Shown piece by piece: positions 1 to 11,452 of a DNA stretch of 64,000 bases. Source of the DNA: Terriglobia bacterium. GTDB lineage: Bacteria; Acidobacteriota; Terriglobia; 20CM-2-55-15. The position numbers and the translations under genes are program-made. Below the pieces are notes generated by a model, which worked only from the letters and a program-made list of their open reading frames with translations, was not told the DNA's origin and did no database searches. The stretch is from assembly GCA_965198225.1 (NCBI GenBank), contig CBDAOY010000004.1, positions 96,001 to 160,000 of the forward strand, read 5' to 3'. The first letter of the stretch is position 1, and each line of letters begins with the position of its first letter.

Positions 1-1265
1 TTGAATACTTCCCACCGGACGAAGCCTGCACGACTACGACTGCTGAGCATTTGGCGCCAGTAACGTTCCACGGCCCGAGCGACGTGCTGCAGAGCCCGGA
101 GGTTCCCGGCAATGCCATAGTAGGCGTAGTGCCCGCGCAAGACTCGGTTCAGATTGTGCACTTGCTCCCGGACCGGCAAGTGACGCATTCGCCTCATCAC
201 GCCGCGTAGATGAGCCAGACTGCGTCGAAGTCGAGACTTCTCTGTTCGCAGTCCCACTCTAAAATTGCCTTTGCGATTACGCGTACAGTACAGGGTCATG
301 CCCAGAAAATAGATCGTCTCTGGACGTTTTCTCCCGCGCCGGACGACATCGCGCTGGGCATAGCGGCCGAATTCGACGAGCTTCGTCTTGGTCGGCTCCG
401 GAACCAGTCCAAACTTTCCCAGTCGCTTGCGCAGAACGTTCTGGAAACGAAGCGCATCGTCCCGATATTGGAAACACACGACAAAGTCGTCGATGTACCG
501 CACCAGATACGCTTCACCCTTCAGGCGTGGCCGGACCATCCGGTCAAACCACAGGTCAAGCACATAATGCAGGTACAGATTGCTCAGCAGAACGCTGATC
601 GACCCACCTTGCGGGGTTCCCTCTTCGTTCGAATGCAATTCCCCGTCTTCGAAAACGCCCGCCTTTAACCATCGTCGTATCAGACTGATGATCCGCGGAT
701 CTCCGACTCGATGCTCCACAAAGCGGAGTAGCCATCCATGGTCTAAACTCCCGAAAAAGTTCTTCAAGTCCGCCTCCAACACCCAACTCACCTTGCATCC
801 GGAAATCACCTCATGGAGGGTTGCCAGTGCATTGTGGGCGCCCAGCCCAGGCCGGCCACCAAAGGAACAGGGCAAGAAGTCCTGCTCGTAGATGGCGACC
901 AATACCTCGGCCACGCTGCGCTGAAGGGCCCGATCTTGAACACAGGGCACGCCCAGGGGACGTTTCTCCTGCTTGCCGGGCTTGGGGATATACACCCGCC
1001 GAATCGGCGGAGCGCGATATCCCTTCTGGTGAACAGACTGGAGCATTGGCTCCACCCAGACTCCGAATTCCTCCTTCGCCTCCGGTACCCTCTGACCATC
1101 ACATCCGGGAGCCGTGTTGCGGGGCACTTGACACAGGTTCTTCCACACACGCTCTCGGGTGACATGATGCGCCAGTGACGTGAACCGGAGCTTTGGCTCA
1201 CTCCGAGCTTTCGCCGCTATTCGTTCCAGTTTCGTTTCCATGACTGGTTGTTCCTCTCGTTGCAT
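1..1265 (-). CDS. ltrA: Group II intron reverse transcriptase/maturase (class E-like), runs off window edge
   Basis: Reverse complement of the 56338-57602 RT ORF (position x maps to 57603-x); GTPQGG and YIDD motifs. Confidence 0.93.
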   Translation of the reverse strand, partial: MQREEQPVMETKLERIAAKARSEPKLRFTSLAHHVTRERVWKNLCQVPRNTAPGCDGQRVPEAKEEFGVWVEPMLQSVHQKGYRAPPIRRVYIPKPGKQEKRPLGVPCVQDRALQRSVAEVLVAIYEQDFLPCSFGGRPGLGAHNALATLHEVISGCKVSWVLEADLKNFFGSLDHGWLLRFVEHRVGDPRIISLIRRWLKAGVFEDGELHSNEEGTPQGGSISVLLSNLYLHYVLDLWFDRMVRPRLKGEAYLVRYIDDFVVCFQYRDDALRFQNVLRKRLGKFGLVPEPTKTKLVEFGRYAQRDVVRRGRKRPETIYFLGMTLYCTRNRKGNFRVGLRTEKSRLRRSLAHLRGVMRRMRHLPVREQVHNLNRVLRGHYAYYGIAGNLRALQHVARAVERYWRQMLSSRSRAGFVRWEVF

Positions 1266-1367
1266 AGAGGACCGTATCCTCCCGTTGCATGGAGCTCATG
1301 TTTCCCAAGAACGAGTCCACTTCTGCTGGCCGCTTCCCCATGTGATCGGCTCTCCCGACCTCGGAGT

Positions 1368-2438
1368 GTAGAGTCGAAAGTGGTCGGGCCGATCGGCCCT
1401 TCCACCGTCCGCTCAATCAAACGGCTCGTGCGGTTTTCCCGCAAGCCGCTTTCCTCAGTTGCTCCTCGTTCGGAATTCGCTGTGTGGCGGCAGGTGGCGG
1501 CTTCGTTCGTACCGCGTTTGGGTCTTTCGCTAAGGGAACTATCCAAGTTCGCACATTCACGATATCTCCTCCACCGTCCGCTCAATCAAACGGCTCGTGC
1601 GGTTTTCCCGCAAGCCGCTTTCCTCAGTTGCTCCTCGTTCGGAATTCGCTGTGTGGCGGCAGGTGGCGGCTTCGTTCGTACCGCGTTTGGGTCTTTCGCT
1701 AAGGGAACTATCCAATTCCACGATCTCCGCGTTTCCCATCGCTCGCACATTCACGACTGAGTACGGGGACTTCCCCCTCCAACGGGCCTTTTGGACCCGC
1801 CAGCGCCGCTGCTCGAAGCAACGATCCGAGACCTTATGTTTGCCGTCTCGTTCCTGAGTACTATTCCCCGATCCGATTCCTGACACCGCGTCGGCCGGAA
1901 TTTCGCTCTCGCTTATATCCGCACCTACCGCGCAGGGCTCTAGGTCGATGTTTGTCTTCTCGGTTGCCCGCCCTTTCGTCTGCGGGTGCCACATCATCTC
2001 GACCTTACCTTCCGCTCGGACGATACCAGGCCTCCCTGGGTCACTCGCGTCTCTTCTCCACCGTGTCGCCCGCACACACCTTGGTGCGATGGGGTGGAAC
2101 CAATGCGCCTTCGCCCCAATAGTGCGGGCTCGACCATTCCCCATCTTTGGCCGACCGGTTCATCCTCGGGATGGCTCCCGTCGATTACGACCCGGTGGTT
2201 CTCCTCATGCCCTTCAGACCCCACCTCGCGGTGGGCGCCCTGCCCTCCAAAGTTTCCGTAGCTGGCTCCAGCTTTGCCTTGGCCGTATCCGGCTTTCGCC
2301 TTCGTGCCCGTTTAGGCATCTGCACTACCTGTCTACACTTCGGCCAGTGAGGCATTACCCCCACTTGTTGGATATCGACCCGTGGCCTCGGGCCGAGCGG
2401 GACTTTAACCCGCCGGAAACGCGTGCTGCCAGGCACGC
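1368..2438 (-). mobile_element. ORF-less group II intron (copy of 55332-56235) with an internal 146-bp duplication
   Basis: Starts GCGTG and ends GACTCTAC; domain V AAAGCGGCTTGCGGGAAAACCGCACGAGCCGTTT; no RT ORF. Confidence 0.85.
1401..1715. repeat. Tandem duplication 1401-1546 / 1570-1715 covering domain V
   Basis: Direct comparison; absent from the 55332-56235 copy. Confidence 0.9.
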
Positions 2439-2839
2439 ACTATCAGCCAGTCTGACTTCCGACAGGCCTTCGGGTCTTCCTCGCGTTGTTGGCTTGTCCA
2501 ACCCTACAAGCTCCGCTTGAACCTGACGGATCTCCCTTGTTCCCATGAAATCCTTGGTTGCATGCCGGCGGTACGAACCCCGGAAGCACCCCAGGGCACT
2601 TGCCATTGCGTGCCCTGCGATTCCGCCTTCCCCCTAGAGCGACAGGGTCGGCTACTTCAACCACGTTCGATTTCGGGGCTATCTTTCCGTTCACTGGTGT
2701 TCCGGCCTACTCCCTCCCTGTCTACGCTTCGCAGTGTCCGTCACCGACCACCACGCAAGACTCGGTACGTGGCTGCCGGCTAGGCTCTGCCACGGCCGCC
2801 ATCTCAGGCGACTGGATCTCATGCGCTTGCAAGGCGCAA

Positions 2840-3807
2840 CGCTCCCGGAACCCTGCGTCCTGATGCACCAGCAGCATCCGCACCCGGACATCGGCTGCCA
2901 GTCCGCTCAAGGTGTCCGATACGATCAGGCCGCTGCCGAGGTCCACGCCCGCGCCCGTCTCGGCGTCCCCGCCGTCGCGCCGCAGCCCGATCTCGACGGT
3001 CGGCGTCAGCGCCAGTCGGCCTGCGAGGCGGTAGTGCCGCGAGCCTTCGAGCCCCGTCCGGAACCGGGTGACCGTCGCCGTGGTCGCCGCCAGCCGCCCG
3101 GTCGGGCCGTCCACCGCGTCGCTTGCCGTGCCGACCCACAGGGCGTCGGCCTTGAACGCCAGCGCGAAGCCGCCCACCACCGAGTCCGCCAGATCGCCCC
3201 GCAGGCCTCCGGCCGCCATGGCCATCGACAACCCGCTCTTGAGCGTTGGTCCCCCGCCCGGCGTCAACGCCAGCGCGCCCTTGCCGTATCCGGTCACGCC
3301 CCACAGGGTGATCCGGTCGGTCACCTTGTAGCCTAGCCAAGGGTAAAGGCCCGTCACCGACGAGATTACCTCGCCGGCGTCGGCTCCCGAGTAGCCGCCC
3401 CGGCCCCGGCTGTGTGCCAGCGACAGGCCCGCCACCAGCGGCCCTCGCGCGTAGTCGGCCCCGACCATCGTCGTGCGCACGTCGCCGCCCAGCGACAGAT
3501 CGCCCTCGCGGCCAGCGAAGCGCGACTGCGCCCCCCGGCTCCAGAACGAGAGGATGCCGCCGCGCGTCTCGCGGGTGAGCGCAACGTCGGAGCCGGTCAG
3601 CAAGTCGCCGCCGCCGAGACCCATCCGGAGCAGCCCGCCGGTGTGCATCATCCCGTCGCCGGCGCCCGGCGGCTGCCCGCCGGCCAGACCGCTGAGATGG
3701 CTGAGCACGTTGAGCGCGATGTCGCGCTCCATGCCCCGTCGCAGTTCCCGGCCGGCGACCCGGCCCCGGAAGCCGGGCTCGCGGGGCGCCGCCAGCCGGG
3801 CCTCCAC
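2840..3807 (-). pseudogene. Autotransporter beta-domain protein, truncated and intron-interrupted
   Basis: Beta-barrel pattern (TTMVGADY, GLYPWLGY, EIGLRRDGGDAETGAGVDLG); last strands replaced by intron. Confidence 0.75.
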
Positions 3808-4319
3808 ATGCTCGTGTGGCGCTCACCCGAACAGGCGGCACCGGACAAACCCGGCGAGGAGGTCCGTGGCCGACGTGCCGACGCGGGGGATAAACGGCCA
3901 AAGAGCAGGGGACGTGACGGACGCCCACAGGGCGAGTTGGAACGATCTGGCCGCGGCCCCTGACGCCGTGACCCGCGGAGGAAGCCGAAGGACGGGTAAA
4001 TGGCACCACAAACATGCGGAACTGTGAATGGGGGCCGGCCCGGACGGAGCAAGGAAAGCGAGGGCTTGTGCATTGCCCAAGCGTAAAGAACCGAGAAAAT
4101 AGGGCGAGCCTGGAGCGATGCAGTGTGTTGAGGTCGTTGATCACCGCGCTCATTGGCGGGAGCCGTCCGCATTTTGACGGTGCCCCGGCTTCAACGAGCA
4201 CGGTCACAACCGCCGGAATTGTGTTTGGTACATGGGCTGGCACATTGAACGCAAGCATTGACTTGGGCATCGCGCAGTATTAATGTGATGCAATTGACAT
4301 TGAGTGACTTCGGAGTATC

Positions 4320-4541
4320 ATGAGCCAGATCACCGCACGCTTGCCGGATACAGTTGTTGATGCCCTGGACGCGGCTGCGAGCCGTCTCAAGCGCAGCCGC
4401 GCTGAGATCGTTCGTCAAGCGATCGAGCGTTACCTTGAAGACTTCGACGATCTCTCGGTGGCCATCGAACGGCTCCATGATCCGAACGACCCGGTAATGG
4501 ACTGGGAGCCGGTCAGGCGTGAGCTACTCAATACGGATTAA
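4320..4541 (+). CDS. Ribbon-helix-helix (CopG/RelB-like) antitoxin
   Basis: ITARLPD...SRAEIVRQAIERYLEDFDD; overlaps a RelE toxin. Confidence 0.85.
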   Translation: MSQITARLPDTVVDALDAAASRLKRSRAEIVRQAIERYLEDFDDLSVAIERLHDPNDPVMDWEPVRRELLNTD

Positions 4542-4785
4542 GGGCAGCGCCGCCAAGGAATTGGGGCGTCTTGCAAAGCCGAACCGGGCGCGCATTGTTG
4601 ATGCCATCGACCGGTTGGCAGAGAACCCTTTCTTAGGCAACGCGCTGAAGGGAGAATTGCGGGGCCTGCGGCGAATTCGCGTCGGCGATCACCGCGTGCT
4701 GTACGAAGTGCAAGACGATGCGCTCATTGTGCTGGTCATCCGTATTGCTCACCGGCGGAATGCATATCGCCGGCGAGCAGGATGA
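4519..4785 (+). CDS. relE: RelE/ParE-family toxin
   Basis: LKGELRGLRRIRVGDHRVLYEV...VIRIAHRRNAY. Confidence 0.9.
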   Translation: MSYSIRIKGSAAKELGRLAKPNRARIVDAIDRLAENPFLGNALKGELRGLRRIRVGDHRVLYEVQDDALIVLVIRIAHRRNAYRRRAG

Positions 4786-4903
4786 ACATCGACTTTCCCC
4801 GCGCCGCCGAAGGAGCGCCGCCACGAAGCCGACCCCATCGCCGCCCACTGCGACTCGTCCTCCCCCTCCTGCTCCAATACCATCCCTACTGCCCGTTCAA
4901 GAC

Positions 4904-5296
4904 CTAGCTATTCGAGATCCCGGTCATGCCCATCGACTGGACCAGGGCATCGACCGACCGGGTCGACACGCCCTGGATGTAGGCTTCCTGGATCACGGCC
5001 GCCAGGGCTTTCTCCGCGGTCCGTCGCGGCTCGAGGAATCCGGGGAAATAGCTGCCTTTTCGAAGCTTCGGAATCCGAAGGTCGATGGTCCCGCTTCGGG
5101 TGTCCCAATCGCGCTCCCGATAGCCGTTCCGGCCGTTCACACGGTCGGTGCGGCGCTCACCGTATCCGGCCGCACACAGCCCCTCCACGTCCAGTTCCAT
5201 CAGCCGCTGGGCTATGTACTGGATCATCGGGCACAGAACATCGATGTCGGATCCCTTTTCTGAGAGCTCGGTTAATGAGATGCTGGGCTTGGTCAT
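4904..5296 (-). pseudogene. IS256-family transposase, N-terminal fragment
   Basis: [42 protein letters not shown]; truncated. Confidence 0.9.
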
Positions 5297-5660
5297 TGTG
5301 GTTTCTCCTTCGTTGAGGTTAAGGGTTTTGGTTGAACCACAACCTTAACCGAGAACCACACTGACCGCCCTTTTTCGGCGGCGCTTCATACACCACGGGC
5401 TGGGACGCTACTGTCGAAAGTGGCGACCACAGAGCCTTTCCTCCATCAGTTCTGCGTATTGGGGCGACTGTAGCCAGTATTGAAGCTCTTTAATTGCCTC
5501 TGGAAATGCGTCACCGCAGCGATACACAACCTGCTGAAACATTCCGAGACCTCCGGAAAACTCGGCGCTGTTCAGTTACTCCATACGGACTGAGTTCAGA
5601 AATTAAAGGAAAAGACGATGCCTATCCAGCCCATTCATTCGACACTGATGTTTGCCGCAC

Positions 5661-6527
5661 TTCGGCGATCAGGTTGTGCTCAGTGTCGACAGCGATCTGG
5701 ACGTTGTAGCCGACTCCGACCCGTGTCCCGGAATGCATTGACCGGGAGTCCGGATCCGTAAGCGACAGCTGGGCTTCTCCGGTATCGTCCAGCGTCTGCC
5801 GATGCCCCTCCAAGGTCTCCTTTCTCTTACGGATCGATGCGATCTTCTCCTGAAGATCCGCCACGGCAGCCGCTCTGCCGCCGGCATCATCCGCGTCGGC
5901 CTCGTTCACCTGGTCGAGGTAGCGGTCGAGTCGGTCGTCGATACGCTGCAGGTCCGTCTTCAGCTTGGCCCGCGTGAAGTTGCGGTCCCGGTGGTTCACC
6001 GCCTTGATGCGCGTGCCGTCCACGGCGATCAACTCCCGCCCGTACAGGTCGAGTTCCCGGCACAACCGCACGAACCGCCGAAACACCGCCCGGAACGCAT
6101 GCCGATTGTCGCGCCGGAAGTCGGCGATCGTCTTGAAGTCGGGCTTCAGCTGGCGTAGCAGCCAGATCGCCTCGAGGTTGCGATGCGTCTCTGTCTCCAG
6201 CCTGCGGCTCGACCGAATACGATTCAGATACCCGTAGATATACAGCTTCAGCAGATCCGCGGGATCGTAGCCTGGACGGCCCTTGTCGTTGGGCCGAACG
6301 CGCTGGAATCCAGCCGCCTCAAGGTCGAGACCGTCGACGAATGCATCAATGAAACGGACCGGGTTGTCCGGTCCCACGTAGTCGTCCACAGTATCGGGCA
6401 GAAGCAGAAGCTGGGAACGGTCTTCACCGGTGATATGTGCCATGACACATTTTACCAACCGCCATGGGGAACCTGATGCCAGTTCACCGACTCCCGCCCG
6501 GCTGTCGCCGACTTTTCACACAGTCTG
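5661..6527 (-). mobile_element. IS1182-family element, partial (one end plus 5' half of transposase)
   Basis: Matches ~46718-47584; terminal IR ACTTTTCACACAGTCTG. Confidence 0.9.
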
Positions 6528-6659
6528 GTTCGTTTGACACATATGGGCGATGGCGCCTTCCTGCGAGCGCCTCCGTGTGTCTTATCCCGTGTGTGATTCT
6601 ATGTATTGCCTACGTCGATCAAAAGAGAATGGCTCGGCGAACCGTTCTGACAAGCCCGG

Positions 6660-6747
6660 CATCTATTTTCTCAGAGACTGAGTGGGCTAGATTGGCCAGC
6701 TTTCTCGATGAAATCCCGAGCGATGACCTGATTCACAGATTCACCGT
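6660..6747 (+). pseudogene. Tn3-family transposase N-terminal (DUF4158-like) fragment
   Basis: SIFSETEWARLASFLDEIPSDDLIHRFT; near-identical fragment at 44662-44745. Confidence 0.5.
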
Positions 6748-7059
6748 GATCTCCAAACATTCCCATGTCCTCCAGAGAGCCCACATGAACAAGATTAGGG
6801 CGGCGAGGTAGTTGATTCTCGCAACTCCGGGATGCGTCAGAGGAATTCCAACCACGAGACGACACACGACCCATACTGCGCTGACCCACGACAGGACCAC
6901 TACCCCGTAAAAAACCAAGCCGCTGGCAACGCAGCTCACGAGGCGGGCTACAGACAATTGGCCGGAGACCAGGAGCCAGAAGGCCGAGAGGATCAGCACC
7001 AGAAAAACCATGCCGCCCAGCTGATACGCAATGTGTTCCGGATTTTCCAGGCTCGACAT
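6733..7059 (-). CDS. Small hypothetical membrane protein
   Basis: Several hydrophobic segments; GGAGG upstream. Confidence 0.5.
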   Translation of the reverse strand: MSSLENPEHIAYQLGGMVFLVLILSAFWLLVSGQLSVARLVSCVASGLVFYGVVVLSWVSAVWVVCRLVVGIPLTHPGVARINYLAALILFMWALWRTWECLEITVNL

Positions 7060-7183
7060 CTAGCAGTACCTCCAAGGTGCGTCCCATTCTCACACGCGGC
7101 GAGGGTAGCCCCTTGACCTCTTTCCCCTACTTATTTCCGCATGATATGGTTCAGCCATACGCACACACGATGGCGGACTTGCA

Positions 7184-7420
7184 ATGAAGACCACACTCAA
7201 TCTGAACGATCAGGTCCTGCGCCAAGCCAAGGGTCGGGCCGCACGGGACGGAATCACGCTCACCCGATTCGTCGAGGACGCGCTCCGTGCCCGGTTGGCG
7301 CCGTCGCGCGAAGCCGGGCAGCCGTTCCGGTTGCGGCTGGAGACCGTAACCGGAGAAAGGCCTCCCAAAATCGATGTCTCCGACCGGGACGCGCTTTATG
7401 ACGTAATCGACCGCGCATGA
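7184..7420 (+). CDS. vapB: VapB-like antitoxin
   Basis: MKTTLNLNDQVLRQAK...LTRFVEDALR; coupled by ATGA to a PIN gene. Confidence 0.85.
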   Translation: MKTTLNLNDQVLRQAKGRAARDGITLTRFVEDALRARLAPSREAGQPFRLRLETVTGERPPKIDVSDRDALYDVIDRA

Positions 7421-7845
7421 TCGCCGTCGATACCAACATCCTGATTTACGCGCATCGGGGCGAAACAGAGTTGCATGACCGCGCAGCGGCGCAGCTCGTC
7501 ACCTTAGCCGAAGGTGTGGAACGGTGGGCGCTCCCGGTCTTCTGCGTAACCGAGTTCATGCGGGTGGTGACGCACAGGCGCGTGTTCAGCCCGCCGTCAA
7601 CATTGGCGCAGGCGGCCACGTTCATCAAGGGGATTACCGCCGCTCCGAACTGCGAGATCCTCCAACCCGGGGCCGAGTTTCTTGACCGGCTTCTCGCGGC
7701 CGCCTTCGAGGCCGATGCACACGGAAACCTGATGTTCGATTCCCAGATCGTCGCCCTGTGCAGGGAGCACGGCATCGATACCGTCCTTACGAACGATCGC
7801 GACTTCGAACTGTTCGAAGCGTTGCACGTTCGCCGTCTGGACTAG
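7417..7845 (+). CDS. vapC: VapC PIN-domain toxin
   Basis: MIAVDTNILIYAH...DSQIVALCREHG...LTNDRDF. Confidence 0.92.
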   Translation: MIAVDTNILIYAHRGETELHDRAAAQLVTLAEGVERWALPVFCVTEFMRVVTHRRVFSPPSTLAQAATFIKGITAAPNCEILQPGAEFLDRLLAAAFEADAHGNLMFDSQIVALCREHGIDTVLTNDRDFELFEALHVRRLD

Positions 7846-8081
7846 CGGCAGGACCAAACCTGCGCCGCCCTCTCGGAACCGAGACCGTGGGTGCCACCGG
7901 CAAGGCGCCCGGCGTTGTCGGTAAAGGCGCGCCAGCCAACGCCGGATTGTAGCGCCCCTGATTTCTTGGACAGAGAGAACACAGCATAATCAAGCTGCGG
8001 GGAGGCAAAATATTGTGGTCGGCTGGTCGACCAGCTGGCCGGTTCACACGTGCTTTGGAACAGCCTTAAACTCAGCAACGT

Positions 8082-8699
8082 TCACGCTTGGTCATACGGC
8101 TTAGCAATATTGAATGAATTGTGGACCTCATGGATACCAGGCCCGCCATTCTTGTCGAATATTTCCCACACGATTTTGTAAAAACGATCTTCGCGGTCGA
8201 CGAATTTAATCGTTTTGCTTGCAACTTCACAACGAACTACGAGCTTGCTGATATTCTCTGCGGCGTCAGGAGACTTCACCGTTAACGGAATATCCTGGAT
8301 AACCTGAATGTACAGATGGAAGAAGTTTGACCAGCCGTCCACGCCCTGCGCTACTGGCGGGAGGCCATAACTTTCGAGAAAGCTTGTCAGCTCCTTCTCA
8401 AAAGATTCCATTCCAGATATGTCCTTGATCTTATTTTCGAGTTCTCGCGGCAGATTCATTCCGCTCTTCCAGAGAGGGTGCGCCTTGTCAAATTCTCGGA
8501 GAATCTCTTTCGCGCCGGATCGATCGAGTTCAGAATGAAGGACCCAATCACAATAGAAGTTCAACTTGGAATACTGTTTCCTTTGATCATCACGCTCGAT
8601 GAGCTTCCGAATCCCGACCAGTAGATACACGACCTGAACCTCAGTTGTGATTCCGTTGTTCAGTTGCGCGGTCAGTTTTCTGATTATTTCCTCTGTCAT
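8082..8699 (-). CDS. Hypothetical protein (lower GC)
   Basis: 205-aa ORF with protein-like composition. Confidence 0.65.
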   Translation of the reverse strand: MTEEIIRKLTAQLNNGITTEVQVVYLLVGIRKLIERDDQRKQYSKLNFYCDWVLHSELDRSGAKEILREFDKAHPLWKSGMNLPRELENKIKDISGMESFEKELTSFLESYGLPPVAQGVDGWSNFFHLYIQVIQDIPLTVKSPDAAENISKLVVRCEVASKTIKFVDREDRFYKIVWEIFDKNGGPGIHEVHNSFNIAKPYDQA

Positions 8700-9244
8700 G
8701 TAATCAATTCGTGGCCGTTTGGGCACCATGGCGGCGCGCTGTCCCAATTGAACCCCCTCGGCTCCGCGTTCGGTAACCGACTGATTTTGCTGGTGCGATA
8801 TTTGTCCAGAACAGACTAATGTTCAACTGGGACGACATCGCATGCCAAGACGCCAGACCAAGATTACGGAAATCTAGTTCGCATACTTTCGTGGAAGGAG
8901 CTTGGCGATCTTCCTCTAGAGCGGCCCGATCCCCTCCTGCACGTTCTTGTTTATCGTGTCGATCCGGCTGTTCAGGCGTTGCTCAACACCGCCGATCTCC
9001 TGACGCAACTCCCGGCGCAACTCACCCATCTCCTCACGCAACCCGTCGATCTCCTGCTTCGTTGATTCTTGAATCGGCCGGAAGCGGGTGGCGCGCCTGA
9101 TGAAAGCGGCCGGTCTGGAGGGCGCCAGCCGCCGCAAACGGGCTCGGACGACGGTTCGGGATCGCGATGCCCGTCCGGCTCCGGATCTGGTCGATCGGAA
9201 TTTTCAGGCGAAGCATCCGGACGAACTCTGGGTGGCCGACATCA

Positions 9245-11452
9245 GTGCGCCATGAAGGCGCGGTTGGAGGAATCCAGCCAAGCTGGCTGGTTTCTGACCG
9301 GCAGTTGAGATACTGCCCCACTCGGTCAGGGAGCCGAGTGGAAGGGGGTTGCAAAGCTTCGCCATATGCCGATGGCGGGGTGTCATGAGCAGCGCAGCCT
9401 GAACTGTACCAGACGCGATCCATTCATCGTGGGCTGGGCTACCGCAGGACCTATGGCGAGACAACGAAGCATGCGGGGGAAGCCCCTGTATTTAGCCGGA
9501 CAACCCTCGTAACGGAATGGATTGGGGGGATGTGGTGCGAACTGGCCGGACTTTATGTTTCCGGCTGGTGGCTGCGTCGGACGCTGCCGATGATGGGAGT
9601 TCCCCATTGCCATCATCCAGAGCCACCAGGGGTAGAGCATGCCACCTACAGGGTCCACAGGTTGGGAACCGGAACATGGGAACCCGCCATCTTCCGCCCG
9701 TAAACGGATACGGGCTAACCGCGGCGGTCGGCGAAGGAAGGCGGTGGGGGCGGAGTCTCCGTAGTAGTCCGAGACCGGGAAAGCCGGTTACATGGCGAAG
9801 GGAGACAGGGAGTCGATAAGCTTTCGAAGCCGGAGGAGCGATCTGTGGACACAGATCAACGGGCGGACCGAGCCTGGTTACTCGGCGTGCAGCGGAAGTT
9901 GTATCAATGGAGTCGGGAACACCCCGGCGAAACGTATCGTGAACTGTGGAATTGGGTGACCGATATCCGCAACTTGCGGTGCGCCTGGAATCGTGTGTCC
10001 CAGAATCGGGGCCACCGCACACCAGGTATCGACGGGCAGACGGTAGGAAAGATTCGCCGCAGGTTGGGCGAGGAAGCCTTCCTGGAGGGGCTACGCTGCG
10101 AACTGCGGGCGGGGGCATTCACACCCAGTCCGTGTCGCCGAAAGCTCATTCCCAAGGTAGGCAAACCGGGGCAGTTCCGACCTCTGGGGATTCCTACGGT
10201 CACCGACCGCGTGGTGCAATGCGCGGTCAAACAGCTTCTGGAGCCGATAGTCGAAGCGCGGTTCTGGCACGTCTCGTACGGTTTTCGACCGGGTCGAGGA
10301 TGTCACGGCGCTTTGGAGCATATTCGGATGGCAATGCGACCGCGACGACGGAACGACGCGGACGGCAAACGTCACGATCCCCCTTACCAATGGGTGATCG
10401 AAGGCGACATCAAGGGTTGCTTCGATCATATCGATCACCATCTGTTGATGAACCGGGTGCGTCGGCACTGCGGGGATCGCAAGGTGAATCGATTGCTCGT
10501 GCAGTTCCTGAAAGCCGGCGTTCTGGCGGAGGATCAGTTCCTCAGAACTGATGCCGGGACGCCGCAGGGAGGAATCATCTCGCCGCTGCTTGCGAACATC
10601 GCGCTCAGTATCATCGAGGAGCGGTACGAGCGGTGGGTGAACCACCAGACCAAGCGTCAGGCACGACGGACATCGAGCGGGATCAAGGCGGCGCTGGAGG
10701 CTCGGAGCACGGATCGCCGGTCAGGCCGGAACGTGTTCTTCCCGATCCGGTACGCTGATGATTTCGTCGTACTCGTCTGTGGGACTGAAGCTCAGGCTCA
10801 GGCTGAACGGACAGCATTGGAAGCAGTGCTGATGGACAGCATGGGATTGACTCTGTCACCTGAGAAGACTCGAATCACTGCCTTAACGCGAGGATTCGAG
10901 TTTCTCGGACACCGCGTGCGACTGCGTTGGGATCCTCGATACGGCTGGACGCCGCGCGTCGAGATTCCGAAACACAAAGTCGCCGATTTGCGCTATCGGG
11001 TCAAACAGTGGACCGGTCGCGCAACGACGCCTTGGCCTTTGCCGAAGTTATTTCGGAAGCTGAATCCCATCCTCCGTGGTTGGGCGCACTTCTATCGTTA
11101 CTGTACCGGGGCCAAGAAGATTCTCTTCAGTCTCGACTGGTATGTTCGAGATCGGCTCTGGCGTTGGCTACGGAAGAAGATGCCGAAGGCGCAAGTCTCA
11201 TCGTTGTTGCGGTTTCGGAAGCCGAGTTCGATCCGTCCTGCGTGGCGGGTCTGGCGAGACGGCCGATCCGAACAGTTTCAGATGGGATGGCTGACGGTTC
11301 AGCGCTACCGTCGCGGCTGGATGCGAGCCCCCGACTTTACATGGACTTCTGGAGAGCCGGATGCATAACGAAAGGTGCACGTCCGGTTCGGCGAGAGGGC
11401 ATGCGAAACCTCCGCTGGTTAACAGCGGCTCGGCGCGCATGCCCTACTCAAC
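9245..11452 (+). mobile_element. Group II intron (class A-like) inserted in the DITY codons of the IS3 transposase
   Basis: GTGCG start; domain V GAGCCGGATGCATAACGAAAGGTGCACGTCCGGTTC; end CTACTCAAC; splicing restores GAC ATC ACC TAC. Confidence 0.92.
9845..11368 (+). CDS. ltrA: Group II intron reverse transcriptase/maturase
   Basis: RPLGIPT, GDIKGCFD, GTPQGG, RYADDF; QRKLYQW N-terminus. Confidence 0.95.
   Translation: MDTDQRADRAWLLGVQRKLYQWSREHPGETYRELWNWVTDIRNLRCAWNRVSQNRGHRTPGIDGQTVGKIRRRLGEEAFLEGLRCELRAGAFTPSPCRRKLIPKVGKPGQFRPLGIPTVTDRVVQCAVKQLLEPIVEARFWHVSYGFRPGRGCHGALEHIRMAMRPRRRNDADGKRHDPPYQWVIEGDIKGCFDHIDHHLLMNRVRRHCGDRKVNRLLVQFLKAGVLAEDQFLRTDAGTPQGGIISPLLANIALSIIEERYERWVNHQTKRQARRTSSGIKAALEARSTDRRSGRNVFFPIRYADDFVVLVCGTEAQAQAERTALEAVLMDSMGLTLSPEKTRITALTRGFEFLGHRVRLRWDPRYGWTPRVEIPKHKVADLRYRVKQWTGRATTPWPLPKLFRKLNPILRGWAHFYRYCTGAKKILFSLDWYVRDRLWRWLRKKMPKAQVSSLLRFRKPSSIRPAWRVWRDGRSEQFQMGWLTVQRYRRGWMRAPDFTWTSGEPDA

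Larger units (their letters stand above)
1..2839 (-). mobile_element. Class E-like group II intron (5' end TTGCG at 2839) inserted in an autotransporter gene and interrupted in domain III by an ORF-less intron
   Basis: Autotransporter frame breaks at ...GGGAGCG|TTGCGCC; EBS1-like loop CGCTCT (2636-2641, minus) pairs with exon GGAGCG; domain III GATAGT|ACTCC is split by 1368-2438. Confidence 0.85.
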
